Of a DNA stretch of 64,000 nucleotides, positions 50,161 to 64,000 are shown piece by piece. Below the pieces are notes generated by a model. It ran no database searches, had not been told where the DNA came from, and saw only the letters and a list, made by a program, of their open reading frames with translations. The stretch is from Takakia lepidozioides (taxonomy: Eukaryota; Plantae; Bryophyta): positions 24,552,001 to 24,616,000 of the forward strand of contig CM060733.1 in NCBI GenBank assembly GCA_030704615.1, in the 5' to 3' direction. The translations under genes and the position numbers were made by a program. Position 1 is the stretch's first letter, and the number at the start of each line of letters is the position of its first letter.

Positions 50161-50282
50161 TAACAAACATCTCTCTTATTGAACAATTTATGAATAAAAT
50201 GGATGAAATTTCAAGTTTATTATGGATGAAAATAGATCTCACTATTCACAAAGAGGAGCAATATGTGAATAGCCGCTTGTTA
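50161..50282. mobile_element. Mini TIR-like element (taacaa...ttgtta), sharing its right end with 25462-25525
   Basis: Short inverted ends, internal ggatgaaa repeats and a second partial copy in the window. Confidence 0.45.
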
Positions 50283-50460
50283 CTTACGTACATTTTAGAC
50301 CCGGAGTCCCACCCAGATAATGTGATGTGGATACAACTTTGCATATAATGCTATAAAATTTCCCCACCTTTTTCATTATAGTCTAAAGTGCCTCTATTGT
50401 TTTATTGTTTTATTGTTTTATTTCTATACACTTTCTAAGTTTTCTACTTGTGACGACTTA

Positions 50461-50927
50461 CGGCGATACCACACTAGCAGCACGAGGGGCAGCAGCACTC
50501 AATTTCAGACCCTCCTATTGGTTTAAGGGAGGGCAGTGTGCTGCTCTGCCTACCACACTACCGGCTGCTGCGGTCAGAGAGGCGTTGACATGACTCCGAC
50601 CTGGTGCCTACATGTCCCTTTACCGTGAAATACGGATTTCCAGGCAGTGTCCCTGGAAATCCACAATTTTAGGAAGACATTTCGTCGTGTGATTCACCCG
50701 CCATCGTGAAGCTAGTCTCTCCGACCCGTCGTGCTCAAAGGTTCTAGGAATTGGTTATTTTTAGAATAAAAAGATAAGGTAGTTGCGATTTGTTGCCGTT
50801 GGGCTTATGCTATAGTGTGGTAGCCGATTCATTGCCGCTTGGTGACATGGACCTATATCATCCAACATTCCCTAGCTTACAACGTCCACTTGAGTGCCGT
50901 TGGTGTGCCGCTAGTGTGGTACGGGCC
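50461..50927. mobile_element. PIF/Harbinger (Tourist-like) MITE, 467 bp
   Basis: TIRs ..taccacactagcagcac..gcactcaa / ttgagtgc..gtgccgctagtgtggta..; TTA directly flanks both ends (50458-50460, 50928-50930). Confidence 0.75.
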
Positions 50928-51384
50928 TTACACCAGCCCGCCCAGGGCGCATTCAACTTGGCCTTTTCATGCTCCAATTTCATGACCCATGCGTTTACTA
51001 GAAAATATACAGGTTAGATAATTCCTTAAAATTAGTTTCTTTCAATGTGAGAGGGTGGGCCATGCTGTCAGAATAGTAAATGCAGTTGGAAGTTGGAACA
51101 TTGGAACCATTAGAAAATATTAACATCTGAAAAATACATAGGAAAAGTTACTTCCTCAAAACCCAAACTGGTCTTGTGGGCCCTACAATGGCTTCTCTCT
51201 GGTCAAACTTTGTTTTCACATTGAAAACAATATTTTGTGCATTTGAGTTGAACTAACAAAGTAAAGATAATCAAGTCTAGTCTCTATTCCACTTTACGAG
51301 TCATAAAAAATTTCAATTATTGAATCTTTTATAGCAATTACCAATTCAATGGGTCAAGAGCCAATTTGTTCCTTCTCATTTAAC

Positions 51385-52006
51385 AATAATAGGGTTATGA
51401 ATGCCCTGACTGCGGCGGGCCCGCGTGTGGCAGAGGGGATTGCGGAGGGTGGGAGCACCCTTACCCGGGGAGCGCCCTTACCCGGACCACAGCAGTATGC
51501 TTGCTTGCTTGGTCTAGCCGGCGAGCTGGTCTGGTGGGCCCACAAAACACATGAGACAGTCTGCTGGGGCCACAATATGCACATAAAGCATTAGTTATTG
51601 CATGGGCTTAGAGAAAGGGGGTAGTGTGGTGGTTAAGAGCAATGAATGATGAACACGAGGTATGGTGGTCAAATCTCGTTACGTTGTACCGTGGCAGTAA
51701 TGTGTGTTATTAAATATATATTTTGTCGAAGGGTCCGCCGGTCTAATGGAGGGTCCAAGCCGGTCTGCTCGAGGGGGTATGCTTGGAGGGTCTACACAGT
51801 CTATTGGAGAGGTGCCAGTCCGCTCGGTCTGCTAGAAGGTTGGAGTCGGTCTGTTGGAGGGTCTGCCCAGTCCGCTAGAAGGTCCGCCACGGTAGATTAA
51901 CAAGGACTTAGAAAAATTTCAGAATCTCGCCGACCCGGTGAATGGGCGGTGGGCTTAGGAGCTCACTACTAGCGGGGCCCGCCCGTGCATTCATGACCCT
52001 ATTATT
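51385..52006. mobile_element. hAT-like MITE (~620 bp)
   Basis: 20-bp inverted repeat with one mismatch (aataatagggttatgaatgc / gcattcatgaccctattatt); GC-rich subterminal gggcccgc and ggtcYgcY repeats. TSD not clear. Confidence 0.7.
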
Positions 52007-53160
52007 AAACAATGAGAGGCATTTGTTCTTCAACATAGTTTTTCTGTCGAACTTTTGAACTTAAGAAATTTTTTGTACTTTTAAATATACGAAAGTGTTT
52101 TTCATTGTGATTTACACCCAAAGTAAGATTTTGGATAATTTTGGATACTTATTGTAATTGATATGATTGTTTGAAGACATTAAGCTTAAGAAAATCATAA
52201 TATTTCACTTTTAATGAGACAATTCTGAAAAATTCAAGATCTATAGTAAACATATAGGTTCATCTTTGAAAAATATTTTAAAAAACATTTTCTCAAATTC
52301 AAGAGCTACAGATCCAAGTTTGACTATATTGAGAATTGCGTAGTCCTTTAGGGGTTAAGACCATGGGTGAGTTGGAAAGAAAAAGAGGACCAGGGCCTCT
52401 GTCCCCTGTTTCTAAGTCCAGTCTCACTGGACCTCTGGAGGGCCCTTGTAGTGAAGAATAGCAGCTGCTGGCCCTCGCCTTCAAGAATATTCTGCAGCGC
52501 ATATACTACTGTGAAAGTGAGTGAATGGCAGTGTGTCACTGTGGAGTTGGACAAGACAACCGAAACACCTGGGGTGCTGTGCTGGGTGTCATGCTGATGT
52601 CCAGCAACGATGGCGGGGATTGAAGAAACTTCGAAATGGGTGACAGGATCTGTGAAAACTACACTCTGCCATCTGCACTTCCAGGGGTCCACATCCGACA
52701 TCCACTTGGGAACAGTGGGGGGGGAGAAGAAGATGATGATGGCGTAGTTAGCTTTGCGAAACAACACTTGGGATGTTTTTGGGGTGGCCAGCCGGTCACA
52801 GAAAGTGCAGGAGTAATGAGTGATGGCGGTAGGCGGAGACCAAGCTCGTTCCACTGAGCTGATGTACTTGATCCCCAGCCACGTTGCCTACATAGCTGCC
52901 AGAAGCTTTGTCGTTAGTAGACTGGTGGAGCCTGATCACGCGGCGCAGGGAAGCTGCACAGGCAGAGTCGCCCAGCTGAAGCTTGAGTAAAGTAAACAGT
53001 CATGTTCTTCAACAGCCACGATGCTTCGTGATGTCTGCCAGGTGTACGAGACTTAGATTGTACAGATGAGCCATGGCCCATCAGTGTGGATTTTCCGTTG
53101 GACATGGTAAAGGAAAGGTTGACAAAATCGCCAGGGCCCAGATGTTGGATCTCTGGGTAA

Positions 53161-53345
53161 TGTACGTTGCTCGGGGCCCGAAATGGTGGTCACGTCTTGG
53201 ATCCCACATTGTTTATGTGCAAGTGCACACGTGCAGCATGCATGCACCCACGCCAGCTCGCAGACCTTGTGCTGTGCTCACCTTTGCACCATCGGTCAGG
53301 ACCGAACTTGCTATGTGGGAACATCTTTCCCGGAGCTTATATAAG
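53161..53345 (+). promoter_or_regulatory. ABA/ABI3-type promoter module: ACGT boxes, G-box, RY repeat and TATA
   Basis: CACGTC 53191, CACGTG 53228-53233, CATGCATG 53237-53244, TATATAA ~53338; ATG at 53439. Confidence 0.65.
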
Positions 53346-53438
53346 GCACCTCGTATCCTGAAATCCCAACGGATCTCCTAGTTGTCCTCTAGTTGTTGCA
53401 TCTGAGAAGTGGCGAGGACTACTCAATCCTTCAGTACA

Positions 53439-54789
53439 ATGAATCAGTATAGAGCAGTCCATAGTTCTTTCGTTGCATTTGTGCTGCTGGGCCTTGTAAC
53501 AGGTTCAGCTGTAGCTGAAACGTACTCTGGTTTCACAGGTTTCACAACTAGCGACAAGAATAATATTGCTGTGGCCTTGAACTTGGAGTACTTGGAAGCC
53601 GAGTATTTCTTGTGGTCTACTTATGGCTATGGATTGGACAAGATCGCCCCATACTTGGTTGGAGGAGGTCCCGAACCGATTGGAGTGCAGAAAGCAAATC
53701 TGGATCCCTTGACATTGGACATTTTCATTCAGATGGGTCTCCAGGAAGTAGGACATTTGAGGTACAACGCTCGCTTTCCTATATATTGTTCCTTATCCAT
53801 GTCACTAACTGGTGCTTGACAATTCCAGTCTCACTTCGTGTACATTTTATTACTCACTTTACTATCACTTATTGGCGGCAGGGCTATTCATGAGGCTTTG
53901 GGAAAGGTGGCCTTCCCCCGTGTGCAACTGGATGTCAGCAAGAAGGTGTGGGCGACATTGTTTGACAATGCAGTTGGATACAAATTGAATCCTCCATTCG
54001 ACCCTTATGCCAACAGCTTGAATTACGTACTTTCGACATACGTCATTCCATATGTAGGCCTTACTGGATATGTTGGTGCCAGTCCACTGCTCAGTGGCGC
54101 GGGAGCAAAAAGGGTAAGACTATATATACACAATTGTTTTCGAGCAGTCTTCTCACATTCAAATCTCCGAGCTTCCAAATGATCACGTCATAAGAATGTT
54201 TCTCAATTACCTGGTCGTAGTCTGATGGCTACACTCAGTAAGTAGGTGAAGCTGTTTGGCACTGCTGTTGCTATCATGCTTCCTACGAAATTGAAGTAAA
54301 ACTACCCTTTTAAAGCTGAGAGAGTTACACTGATTCGATTGTTACACATGACGAGTGAGATAGGTATTATTCCATCGTTATGACTGATCGTGCATTCGTA
54401 TGCGCTGTTGGGTGCAGCTGGTTGCAGGCTTGTTGGGAGTAGAGTCAGGGCAAGATGCGGTCATCCGCACTCTGCTATATGACGTGAAGGATAAGATAGT
54501 GGAGCCATACAACTACACTGTGGCTGAGTTTACCGATAAGATTTCGAATCTTAGAAACGGCTTGAGCCATGCGTTTGTAGATGAGGGTTTGGTTGTGCCA
54601 AAAGCTCTTGGAGCAGAGGGATTGGTCACTGGAAATATTTTGTCAGCTGACAAGAATTCAGTTGCTTATGCCCGTGATGCTAAGCAAGTGTTTGAAACAG
54701 TCTACGGAACTGGCGATGCTTCCAAACCTGGTGGGTTCTATCCCAAGGGTGGAAATGGCACTGTTGCCTTAAGTTACCTCCATAAATAG
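53439..54789 (+). CDS. Desiccation-related protein pcC13-62-like (ferritin-like domain); exons 53439-53761, 53882-54113, 54418-54789
   Basis: Signal peptide; ALNLEYLEAEYFL, GGPEPIG, QEVGHLRAI, PPFDPYANSLNY, IPYVGLTGYVG, LVAGLLGVESGQDAVIRTLLY, DEGLVVP, PGGFYPKGGNG. Confidence 0.95.
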
Positions 54790-55855
54790 AAGCTTTTTCG
54801 CCAATCAAAGTAGCTGAGGCAGGTGCACAGATTATGTAGCATCTTTCGAAGACTTTTATCACTCTCCACTGGCTGTGGGAATAGACGACAATGTTTTTGG
54901 GTAGTGTAAACGTCTGTACATGTATGATCGAAATAAAGTAGTTGCACAGCGCAACATTATGCATTCATGTGCATTCATGAAAGCTGTGACAAGATGGGGA
55001 GTGTCGTGAATATACTTAATCTAGAACATGGACTGGTACTGCTGCAGCAAATTTACGGTAGTGGTTTTGTTGGTTTGTGATTTATGGTGCAGTAATATTG
55101 TGTACATTTGCCATGCAAACGCTGTAACGAGGAATTTCCATGTCCTGCTACTTACACAGACTGCTGAAGTATTTTGAACATCAACTTATGGCAAAATATG
55201 ATGAAATCTAGCATCTCTTCTAGCATCTCTTGGCAGAAAGATGTAGTCAAGTAAAATTGTACAGTTCTCATTCAACGCATGAATTGACGTGAAAAAGTAC
55301 TTGAATGTAGTGAAAGAGTACTTGAAATTTGTGTATTTCTTTGATCATCTACAGCTGCAAATTTCTGCACTGTGTATAGGAGGAGAAAGTTTGCAAGGAA
55401 CCTTTCATGATGATAGAAAACATTAAACACCCATCCACAGAAAGGTTCATACTCAACCGAATGTTCAGATCCATGAAAACTGACAGTGCAGAAGCGAGCT
55501 ACGTCCTTGGTGAGGTGAGGACTTTTTCACCGTAGAAATGGGGAGATGAGTAATCCATTGGTAAAACTAAAATGGTGGTAAGATGGAGGTATAGTGATGA
55601 TAGTGTTGGATTCCCTTTGGAGAAACATTGAATGATCATCCATGTCATGAACCTAGAAACTTCAGACTTTTGGAGTTCAATTGAGGAGGCAAAAATAGTA
55701 GTCTGACACTTTATTCCAAGGTTTGCTTGAGAGACAACCGCTTCAACCCAAGAAAATAAAATATTTCACAAGTGCTTAATGCAAACTATGAACTAACATG
55801 TTGGTGCACTGACAATCCAGAGCAGTAACTAGATGTTGAGGTCCCAATCTGATCT

Positions 55856-58800
55856 CTACTGTAAACCAAAGCCGGTTGAATTGGACATGGCCAGCTTGAG
55901 TCGATTTTCAAGTCTCAACTTGGAGCTATAGTCAGGCAGCATCAAAACATTGAAACATGTATGTGCTGTTGGTAACCTGCACGGAAAGCCCACAGAAAAT
56001 TTACGCGAATTATGGTTGGCATGCACTTTAACGTAAAGAACCAGGCTTCTACTGGTGATCGAATTATCAATCCAAAAACCACACACAGTAAGAACACATA
56101 GTACCAATCAAGTCTACGGAAAATTGGTGAAAAGTTAGGAGGAGACCTGTCTGTATCTTCACCATTGCGTTGAATAACAAATTTCAAGGTAGCAAGCCCT
56201 CCAACAGGAGCCCGGTCATTCCCAGTCGTAAAGAACAGTAGCTGCTTTTTCTCCTCGAGAGTCATACCTTTCACCTGCAAGATTCCAGCTGTAAACTGAG
56301 CTCTTTCGGACTCCTCATCAACATCACCGACATAGACTGTTAACTAGCCTCAATACCCACAGAATAGAAAAGCAGGTCGGAAGATCCCAAAGCAATACAA
56401 GCTATCCATCAGAAAAATCCTAAGATCTCCCTTAACAGGAAGACTAAAAATAGTCATCTCGTACCAATTCCCAAAACCATAGGATGACTTGACTGTCCTT
56501 TGTGAACCCGTTCTGATAGATTGTCACACGCTCCAATGCCTGCACAAAGTGCACAGCCCGTCATTTCCAAGTCACCAACTGGTCAAACAATTGCAAAAAT
56601 ATGATACACGAGTTCCCTAGCTGTTCTCCACCTCAATGCTGTTGCTGAGTTCTAATAAGCAGACCATAAAAGGTCGTGGCTCAAGCATTTGCACAGGTGT
56701 CATTTGATATTGCTGAGCTTCAGAGCTGCATGAGGTGGTTAGTAGGTTCTGAAGTGGCAGTGGCAGTAGTAACTAGGATGGCAACTTACATCGAAGTCAA
56801 AATGGGGAAGGCCACAGATGAGTAACTCCAGCTCCTCATGACGGAAAAGACTTAGTGCTGGGCCCCCACATACCTGCTTCAAGTTCCGTGTCACATACGA
56901 ACATGTAGACAGATCTTCTGGACTTATAAATGAGTGAAGGCCAACTGCATGATTTTGGCGACAAAGCATATAACACTGCTGAGCCTCCAGCTGTGGAGAA
57001 CGATAAAATTGGATCGGCACGAACCTGGATGAATCCACGGGCAAAGGCAGCAAACTGTACTTGTACTGAATCCTCGAGTAAGTACTTGACATAGAGATTA
57101 ACATACCTGTCAATTGGATGAAAGAAGAGGAAACAGTAGTGAGTGAGCAAGCTGACATATTACTGCCATCCACCACATAAACCATAAACTGGGCCAAAGC
57201 CCCAGGAAGAAAATCACTGCAATGAGACCATGAGTATCAATTTGTACTCAGACATATACTGCACATGTAAATTAGCAGCACATCTACCTTCATAGCACAA
57301 ATACCACAATGCAATGAGTGTTCACACCATACACATAGAGCTTTGAACAAATGAATGCTCCATTACAGCCTATCTTACTACACATGTTTTATTGACTTAT
57401 CAGAGACTGAGTGGAAATGAAGTGTGAAGTGAATGATGTGACTACTCCCCCCAGCTATCTTGCATTTCCATGCAAAAGTCCCTTTGTGACAATGAATTAT
57501 AAAGATATTCAATTAAAGACTCGGTGGAAAGTAACCACCATGGTCAATGGAGACGTACCTTTCCCTATTTTCGTTGGTGACAGCAATGTCTCCCCCACCA
57601 GGTATGAGATCATGTGTCCTCATCTCACCAAAGTAGTCATATGTTACCTGGAATTCCAATGAGACATCAAACAATAGGCACAATTTTGGATGACTTGCTG
57701 GATTTATGGAACAAATAAACAAATCCATAGCACAACTGTAAAACATTTTATTTTCCGCATTTCCACAAGGTAGCTGGAATGGATGATATGGGCTTCATTA
57801 TGGCACAACAATTACAAACACACGAATGCTGACGAGGACAAGAATTTTCTATTTGGACCTGAAAGTTTTGGCAAAAAGTGTCCGACACATCTCCTTCAAA
57901 GTCTAGAAGCTGCTCCAGACCCTTGGCCAGCTGTGGCTGCAGATCCTTGAGATCTCTAAGTTGCACACTTTCTTGCATCAGTTTCTTGTAAACCACCTGC
58001 ACAATTGCACAACCTCACCAGTGAACTAAGCCAACCTTTCATGTGAACCATGATCAGCATACTTGAACATGACATAAGAATGCACTGAAGATCGATGTGC
58101 AGGCCTTTCGAGTCCAATCATATATAATATATTATGTAGCTCCAATTCATTAAAAACAGTTATCAAATACTCAAAATGATTGCAGGAAAACCTATACAGT
58201 TGTTGTACAGATCTCTACCTGCCCTGGAATACTGACTGGAGTGCCTGCAACTAACTGGGGGGACTGAGAGATAGTATACCAGAGGGAAGTGGATGTCCAG
58301 AATGACCCCGTTATAGATGGCCAGGCCCAAAATGATGCCTACCTGCAAAAACAATTATGTTATGAATTGCCGAATGCAATTGACAGCACCAGGCCTATGC
58401 CTACCCACCCTCACCACATGATAAATAGTTCTTCTTGATTTGATTCTTTTCATTACTTCATGAAGCATACAATTACCCAGTGTTGATCTTGAATCCTGCT
58501 CCTTATGAAGGGCAGGCTGTGAACTCCTGACTTCATGAGAGTTTTTTGGTAAAACTGTCTTAAGCATCTACTTGGTACATTGTATCCCAGGTATGTGGAA
58601 TTTAACAGACCTCTTGTGTAAACCTATGACATTGTGTGTCCACAGTACTGCCCTGTGCATGACTTACGTAATCCTGTGGTGTCCTTACTAAAAGGAAGAA
58701 CCTCAACTGTCTAAGCCTTTCTTCAAAAAACAGCCATCTGGCTTGGCTAGAAGGATGCAGAGGAGCGAACTGTTGTATGCATTAAAGGGCACCTACTTTA

Positions 58801-61800
58801 TAGAGCACAAATCTGCCAAAGCATGACCAAGCCTCACCAATTGAAACTCAAGCTCAGACTCCATGGAGTTGCGATTGAACCAGAAATTACGAGTCTCCTC
58901 GCTGTAGATGAACATTCCTGCACATAACGTATGAAGCATTATAAACATTCCTTCACTAGACTGAAATCCCTGCTACTTTTGTAACATAGGAAAGTATGAA
59001 TCTCCCAGCACATAGCTTACATTGGAATGAGTTCTAGTTAATAGGTGCGACAGCACAACCAGAAACTGAATCATAAATGGGCTTACATGATAACCATTTT
59101 CTGAATAAGTTGAGGGAACAAACAAATGAGGAAGTGCTATGGCTCATCCCTCACCATAACTGACATTAAAGAGATCACGAGTCAGCAGTTGAAAGAATTC
59201 TTTTGTGACACCTCCCTCATCCACACCAGCCTCTCCTTCAAAAACAACCTGCAGGTTAATCTCCAAGCCATCATAGATCAGCACTCAAGCTCCAAATGAA
59301 CTCCACAAATCTAACAAAACCTTACATACACTCATTTAGAAGTGAACAATATATTCATAAAATTGGATTGGCTCACACTTTCACATGAGAAAGACAAGGT
59401 ATACTACAAAGACAAGACCGGAATGCTCTGTTAACTAACCAGCAACTACTACATTTTCTGATAATTAGAAGGGACAAACATGAACTACATGATCGACACC
59501 ATTTGAGCTCCCACCATGTAAAAGGGTAGAAAATTGTTGTAGTGCTTGGCAAAACATAAACCACAAGAAACTCATTGCCAAAGGCAGGATAAAATGAGCC
59601 TTCTCATGAACAAACCAACAGCTATATGCTGGTTGACATGGATGATTGGTCACCAGTGAAGTACTTTTGTGTACCTTTTTCAAATGCTCTGCACTTTGAT
59701 TTCAACTGTTGGAGACGACAAACTACTCTTTCCAAATAAGCTAGCCCTGAGGGTGGTATTATTTGGGGTTCTCCTTGACTCCCAAGGGTCTGCAGTGTTT
59801 CAGATTCCTTGACTAACCTCGGACCTTTGTCAGTTTACCTTAAGAAATAAACATTCACCAGACTTTGCTTGCACCTTATTGTACTTCAAGTAAGAGGCCA
59901 GGAAAACCAGGGGAGGCAGAGACAGCACAAATGAGGGCCACCATCATTGCTACAGTCCTTTATGGGCCGGTACATAGATTACACTCATTTTTTCAGAACT
60001 TTGAATGCTGTTGGATGATTTGCAATGCTTGGGGCTGTGATGACAGTATCGACAAGTTTGGGGTGGCCCTGTGATTAGTCCCTGGCTCTTGGATTCAACT
60101 TGGACTAGAAGAATTGATCCTGGCCCATGGCATGAAGTTGAATTGGGATTGATGCTTGACTTGGGATATGTGGCCCACATTTGACCCTGAGCGACAAAGT
60201 GTAGGTGACAAAGAAAGGGAAAAAATGGGGGGTCGGAACAAGTATCTTTACAACATAGGTGCCTTCAGTGGAACAGAGAGGGAAGGCCTGGAGGAGAAAC
60301 CTTCAAGGGTTTCTTCAGGTCGAAAGAGTGCTCTGCTAACTGTTGCAGAGTGTCCCGGATTAAGGAGCTGCGCCGCACCTGCGTGACCTTAGCAGCACTA
60401 TCAGGACACAGAATTTCGCTGCAAATACACACTGTTTTCATCGGTAAGAGAACTTACAACCACTTGAGAGGGGGTATAGTAGAAGGGTACTTACAAGCAA
60501 AACCAAGAAAGGGCTTGTTGGGTTCCCAAACAGCTGTTGCACCACCGATGTCTGCACTACATGCCTCTTCTGAAGGTCTGCCTCTTCCTATTCCAAGAGT
60601 CAAAGAAACCAGTCATTGATAAAGCTCTCCAAGTAAGAGGAAGAGAGGTGTATCAACACAAAAGAAGCTGAAGTTCCTTGTACCTGTAAAATCTTGCTTT
60701 TTGCATCAGGAGTCAGGACAAATGGAACCTGCAAAATGACAAGGTGCTTTGTCATGGGGGAGAAAATTCCAATTCTGTATAACCACACGTCACTATCAGG
60801 CTACACCTTTACTAGATTCAAATATCTGGAAGATACCTGACAAAAGGAGACGAGGGGCTGTACATCCTTCTCACTCTGAATTTGCCTCCACCTTATATAA
60901 TCATCCTGGGACAACACAACATGACCAATTACATGTCTGCAAGACTCCAACATGTACCCCATTTATATAGTAAATGTAGACAAGCTCATGCCTAAGAACT
61001 TCAGGAAGATCTTTGCTAATTATTATGCAGTCCTGGAGATCAGATGCCACCTCCCTTACAATGGGGAGATCGAGGAACTTGCTCATTTTCTGCTTCTACT
61101 GTCTCCAAACTTCTCATCCTCATAAAACCCCTGGAAATAAGTCCCAGAGAACAAGGGAGCACCTGAAGATGCACACGCTCACTAATGACCAAGCTGTAAA
61201 AATCTGTATCTGGAATCAGCTCTTCCTTTTTATTGACCTCAAACAGCAACATCAGCACCTGCATGTCCATGTACACCAGCCAATAGCTGACAAAAGTGAA
61301 CGGAGGCAAGCACTCCCAGTTTCCAAAAGCCTCAACAGCACCATCGAGTAACTTTCAACTCCCATGATAGTGACCTATGATTCCAAGCCTTACAGAGCAT
61401 ACAGGTGACACAAACAGAGCAGCTTAATGTTATAAAATGTACTCATAACAATATTCTAGATTAGCATTAATTATAGAATAGGCACACAACAATTGTGCTC
61501 AATCTGAAAGATCTCACCTTCACAGCTGCAAATATTTCTTGAGGAACCCCCCCTCGTCCACCTAACAAATTTTCTCTGGTCGAACATGATCAAACTACAG
61601 TAACTCAGAATCAACCATTATGCAATTGCTGCCACATGAGGCAAAAGAAACATGCCACTGACAAGGTGAGTAGAACAATCCTCAATCAAAGTACATTTTT
61701 GGTTCACCTGTTTGAAATAAATCTCTGTATTCCCCGTACAAATCGACCACCAAATATGTCCTTGGGATAACATCTCAACCACTGCCCCATTATCTGCAAA

Positions 61801-64000
61801 AATAAGTGTAGAACCAAGGCCTCACAAGGTCACCAAGAGAAAACTCTCTAGTCTCTCTTGGAAAGCTTACTGGAAGGAAAGACCTGACCCATCAAAGCTG
61901 ACTAAAGCATGCATATTATCAAACTGTGTGCATCATTGACTAAGTGACTGGGTGTCAGGCTGCTGTCCCATAGCAAGTTGCTGCAAAACCCAGTCACATT
62001 CCAGTGTTGTCATATCAGCTTTTGAAGTTTCCTGGCAGTAGCGTTACACTACCTGGCAATCAAAGCCAACAATTCGAGATGTTGGTGGTAGTCTAGTCAG
62101 ATACTAAAATGCTGTCAGGAGTCAAGAGCAGCTATCTGGTGGTATATACCCCACAGCTAAGCAGGACTAAGAAGACTTGGTGAGTGCCACAAAATCTCAC
62201 CCTCTCAGCAGATTCAGAAATACGGGCAAATACTCCGAACAGTTGTGCTGAGATTGCATCCCCAAGTCTGCAATTTAACATAGTCACAGCTGATTACTGA
62301 AGGTGATATATAGAGAAATACACCTGAAATGACATGCTTCATCAACAGTCTCCGGCATTGAAAAGAGCACGTACCCTTTCTCTCCTATAAGAGGACTCTG
62401 AAGTCCAATCAAAAGTACCTGTCCCCACAACGCAAACAGCAGACCTGCTGAGATGTTATTACATTGAGGTGGTGGTGCTGCAATCACCAAACTCTGGTTG
62501 CTAGAATCACCGATTGAGTTTGTCATCTAAGGGAATGGAAAAATTAGAAAATGACTTCCAAAATGGACACTGCTCTTCAGCAAGAAAGGGCAGTGTATGA
62601 TAGAGAAGAATCCAGAGCAACCCATGGAGGATGAATTCAAAATGGGTAAAGACCTGAGTGCGCTTTTTAATGCTTGCTTCCAAATGCTTTAAGTTGGCCA
62701 CTTAACAGCTTAGTCCCCTCACAAATGTGAGAAGATGCTTAGTCTGCCTTGATGTCATGTAAATTGGGGCAGCCCTTGGACAAACCAAAATGACCTTTGT
62801 TCACATACAAAAGGTTTGCGGGGTGCAATTCTTTTTACAACTTTCCTTCACTTACAAAGTTCCAATTTCCCCAACCAAGGCTGCATGGGATAGATGTCCC
62901 TTCCCTACGGACTTACGTCTCAAGGTTTCAGGCAAGAAGTGACATATTATATGAAGTGACATGTGCAAACATGCTACAACAGCCTGCAGGTAGTGTTCTG
63001 GCCAGAGGCACTACCCTGGTCCAGCGGGATTCTGGCACATGATCCATTTGCCCATTTATGCTCTCGAACAACCGAATCATGGCTGCACCTAGCCTCTGCA
63101 TCACCTGCCATCCAACCAGCCAACAAAAAGTTGCTGTTTTATTACCTTCATCTTTGTTTGTATAACAATATACTCCATACAGTTATTGAAGCTAGGAGAA
63201 AACCAGAAAGCCCAAGACCTTTAAGTCTGATTGATTTCATGGCCTTGCACATCTTTCCCTGGCAGATTCAGATCAATCTACCATGCTGCTCAAATCATGG
63301 GCATCGCGGAAGTTAAGGCAACAAAGCCTACTGTGCCAAAGTAAAACTCAACCAGAGCCAGAACCAGAGCCAAGCAAGCAATAACATGTCATGGATCCCA
63401 AAATGGTTGAAAGATTTTCTGCTTTCTTTGTTGGACAGAAAACTTCTACAAGCTCACAATGAAGGGTGTGACCATGCTCATGAAGGTCTCAGGGTTAACC
63501 AATAATTTCCAACAACTACGCCATCGACAAAGATGACAAACATCTACAAAGGTCCAATTAAGAAGACAGTACCTCAGGATTGTATAGCTGCAACACACCC
63601 TGATAGATAGTCCGCACTAGATCTATGTCTATCCCAGGTCCCTCCACCTGTTCACCTACAAACCAACCATTGCAACCTCAAATAGCTGAAAGCTGAGGAA
63701 AGCTTGTCCCAAGGAAAATCACTCCAACCAAAGAGAAGTAATTTGCCAAAGTAGCAAAGAATTGATCCTGTTTAGCTTAAAAATTTAGTTCTGGGATTAC
63801 AGAGAATTCTCAAACATTCTTTGATTGTGCGGGGTTTGTTAAATGCAACCAATTTCTTCTGATTGATAGGATGGATGGACCAGCACTACCAAAAGAAGCA
63901 GAAAAAATAGGATCTGAGCCTCGAGAGAAACCTCGTGTACGAACTCGGGGTCTTCTCTCTCCAGTTTCGTCATCCCTATGCCGGAGGGACTGCTGACCTT
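55856..64000 (-). CDS. HECT E3 ubiquitin ligase, UBE3A/small-HERC-like (5' part lies beyond the window)
   Basis: Exons encode [11 protein letters not shown].., [113 protein letters not shown], catalytic LPTAHTCFN and terminal GFGLQ*. Confidence 0.95.

Noticed and set aside
52300-52860. Short overlapping ORFs upstream of pcC13-62
   Set aside because: No recognisable domain or consistent splice model.
44912-64000. Ntn hydrolase, pcC13-62 and HECT ligase as a functional stress cluster
   Set aside because: Adjacency only; no shared motifs or pathway link is visible.

Overview
Eukaryotic nuclear DNA from a land plant, most likely a non-seed plant (bryophyte, lycophyte or fern). This is inferred from a UBE3A/HERC-type HECT gene, a Dictyostelium dcd1-like Ntn hydrolase and purine-rich splice acceptors. 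Seven spliced genes were reconstructed by hand: At5g61530-like RhoGAP (+), C9orf85/DUF2039 homolog (-), organellar methionyl-tRNA formyltransferase (+), OM47-like mitochondrial beta-barrel (-), secreted acid-ceramidase-like Ntn hydrolase (+), desiccation-related pcC13-62 (+) and a HECT E3 ligase running off the right end (-). Between them lies a ~20 kb gene-free island (about 24-44 kb). It holds a 5'-truncated L1, a very young full-length Ty3/gypsy chromovirus (CAGCC TSD) inserted into a long decayed intronless ORF of unknown family, a decayed FCP1-like phosphatase gene, and isolated fragments of RLK, Mut7-C exonuclease and HSP70 genes. Several MITE-like elements lie upstream of pcC13-62. No rRNA, tRNA or CRISPR features were seen. 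Family assignments come from recalled motifs, not database searches.
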